From positions 42,029,189-42,068,729 of the forward strand of contig NC_068998.1 in the NCBI RefSeq assembly GCF_001194135.2: a DNA stretch of 39,541 nucleotides, read 5' to 3'. The translations under genes and the position numbers were made by a program. This document shows, piece by piece, positions 37,647-39,541 of this stretch. Positions within the stretch are counted from its first letter, which is position 1; each line of letters starts with the position of its first letter. The notes under the pieces are model-generated. The model did no database searches. It was not told where the DNA came from and saw only the letters and a program-made list of their open reading frames with translations. The stretch is from Octopus bimaculoides. Its lineage: Eukaryota.

Positions 37647-38532
37647 TATGTGTGAGCGTATGTGTGTATGTCTCAGTATATTTTCCGGAATTTATAATTG
37701 GTACATCCATTTGTCTTCAGAGATTTGTATCCAATCTATTTTCTGTCATTTTGTTTGCTTATTCATAATTTATGAAACTAAAAGCAATGATGCGTTGTCT
37801 AATGTTAGAAATAAATAGTGTATCATGGCGTCGGATTCAAATTTTAGGCCGTAAAACTGGGCCAAATGATCGCGAAATCCGGGCTCCATAAAACGCGATA
37901 ATGCACGAAAATTGTCATGTTAAACTGAATAAAAAGAAATCTAGTACCAAACAAAAGATATAGTATTACATGGCACTTTGTGTTCCCTTCTGAGAAAGAC
38001 AAGATTTCAAAATGAAGTTCTTTCTACGGTTGTCAGACTTTAATAAAGGAAAAAGTGCCCGTTATCTCCCCATAAGAGGAATATACGGTTATGGTTTTCT
38101 ATAGTGTGAAGGAAGTCGGACTGCGCAAAACTGGTCTCTCTGAAGAAGATTGAACGACACTAGAAGTAATCATACTGTTGTCTTACTGAGCTTGGGGTAG
38201 TTGAAACCTGTTGTATAACAAGTTTTATTTACGTCTCATAGGCAAACAAAATATTGAACGTTTGCTGACAATGAAAAACTTTCACATTTTAAATTTTGGA
38301 TAAAATTAGAAATAAAACGGTGTGTAGTTCACTATTAATTATTAAATATACTTGTGAATGCATTCTGTTACATAAATTAGCGAAAGAGCACATTAGCTCA
38401 AACGGAATATACAATCTATGTTATAGCTATATGAATGTACGCACACATACGTACATGTCTATACAAACACACACATATATACATACTTGCACACAAGCAT
38501 ACACAGACTATCTTATATATATTTATACATAC

Positions 38533-38596
<64 letters not shown>

Positions 38597-38908
38597 NNNN
38601 NNNNNNNNNNNNNNNNNNNNNNNNNNNNNNNNNNNNNNNNNNNNNNNNNNNNNNNNNNNNNNNNNNNNNNNNNNNNNNNNNNNNNNNNNNNNNNNNNNNN
38701 NNNNNNNNNNNNNNNNNNNNNNNNNNNNNNNNNNNNNNNNNNNNNNNNNNNNNNNNNNNNNNNNNNNNNNNNNNNNNNNNNNNNNNNNNNNNNNNNNNNN
38801 NNNNNNNNNNNNNNNNNNNNNNNNNNNNNNNNNNNNNNNNNNNNNNNNNNNNNNNNNNNNNNNNNNNNNNNNNNNNNNNNNNNNNNNNNNNNNNNNNNNN
38901 NNNNNNNN

Positions 38909-39360
38909 CCTCTCCTCTCTTGTTCCGACTCCTACTTCTTTACTTCACTCCTAGTCTCCTTCTCTCTTCTCTTCACTTCTACTACCTTCTCCCTTCTCCT
39001 TCATCGTCACTCCTCCCTCGTAACCCTACCCCTACACAATCCAACCCCACTTTCCCTATCCATCCCATCCCACCCCACACCATCCCTCACATCTATTTCC
39101 ACATACCACACTTTACCCCACCCCCAGTCTAACCCACACCCCACCCTTGTTTTTCCCACTCACGCCCCAATCTTCCAACACCATCACACCACACAAGACA
39201 CCACCACATCATACACCACAATACCTCACAACACCACATCACATCACATCACACCACCACGCACACACTACCACTGACCACTTCTCAGCTCCACATCCAC
39301 ACACCTACACATAAACACACGCACACGTCAAGGTCACCATCCCTCTTCCACACGCACATA
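38909..39360. repeat. Strand-asymmetric C-rich low-complexity tract (CT-rich, then CA/CCA-rich)
   Basis: Almost no G on the plus strand. Confidence 0.9.
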
Positions 39361-39541
39361 CATACTCTCTTATACAGACGCTCGTGCACCTTCGTTTTGG
39401 GATCACCACTACTTTATTATCTCCCTTTCTTCCTAGCTCTCCTGTGTGACCCCTCTGTCCGGCATTCGCCATGATGGATCGCTAGCCACTACACATTTTT
39501 TTTTAAATTTCTCTCCTTGTTTCTTTCTGTATTCCTTTCTG

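Noticed and set aside
37660-38215. CTGAAGA strings at about 37715 (-) and 38140 (+)
   Set aside because: No valid NUH with a paired stem I.

Overview
AT-rich, microsatellite-saturated eukaryotic non-coding DNA with 17 N-gaps (about 5.8 kb, counted by hand), most of them flanked by simple repeats, as in a short-read assembly. The repeat content resembles Octopus (coleoid cephalopod) DNA; this is inference from remembered SINE/MITE sequences. No intact host gene is supportable, and almost all ORFs in the track are microsatellite or gap artefacts. Supported features: several families of tRNA-headed SINEs, a decayed mariner transposon with recognisable transposase motifs, a mariner-derived MITE end, a 240-bp hAT MITE with a perfect 8-bp TSD, and several inverted-repeat elements. 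The most interesting signal is a set of mutually unrelated minimal type I hammerhead ribozyme motifs (CUGANGA...GAAA...NUH with self-complementary stem III) at about 6.75, 7.7, 14.8 and 32.8 kb. They have the Penelope/retrozyme-type architecture, but no RT or endonuclease ORF is visible nearby. Also notable is a 71-bp TTAA-flanked element forming a perfect 23-bp stem.
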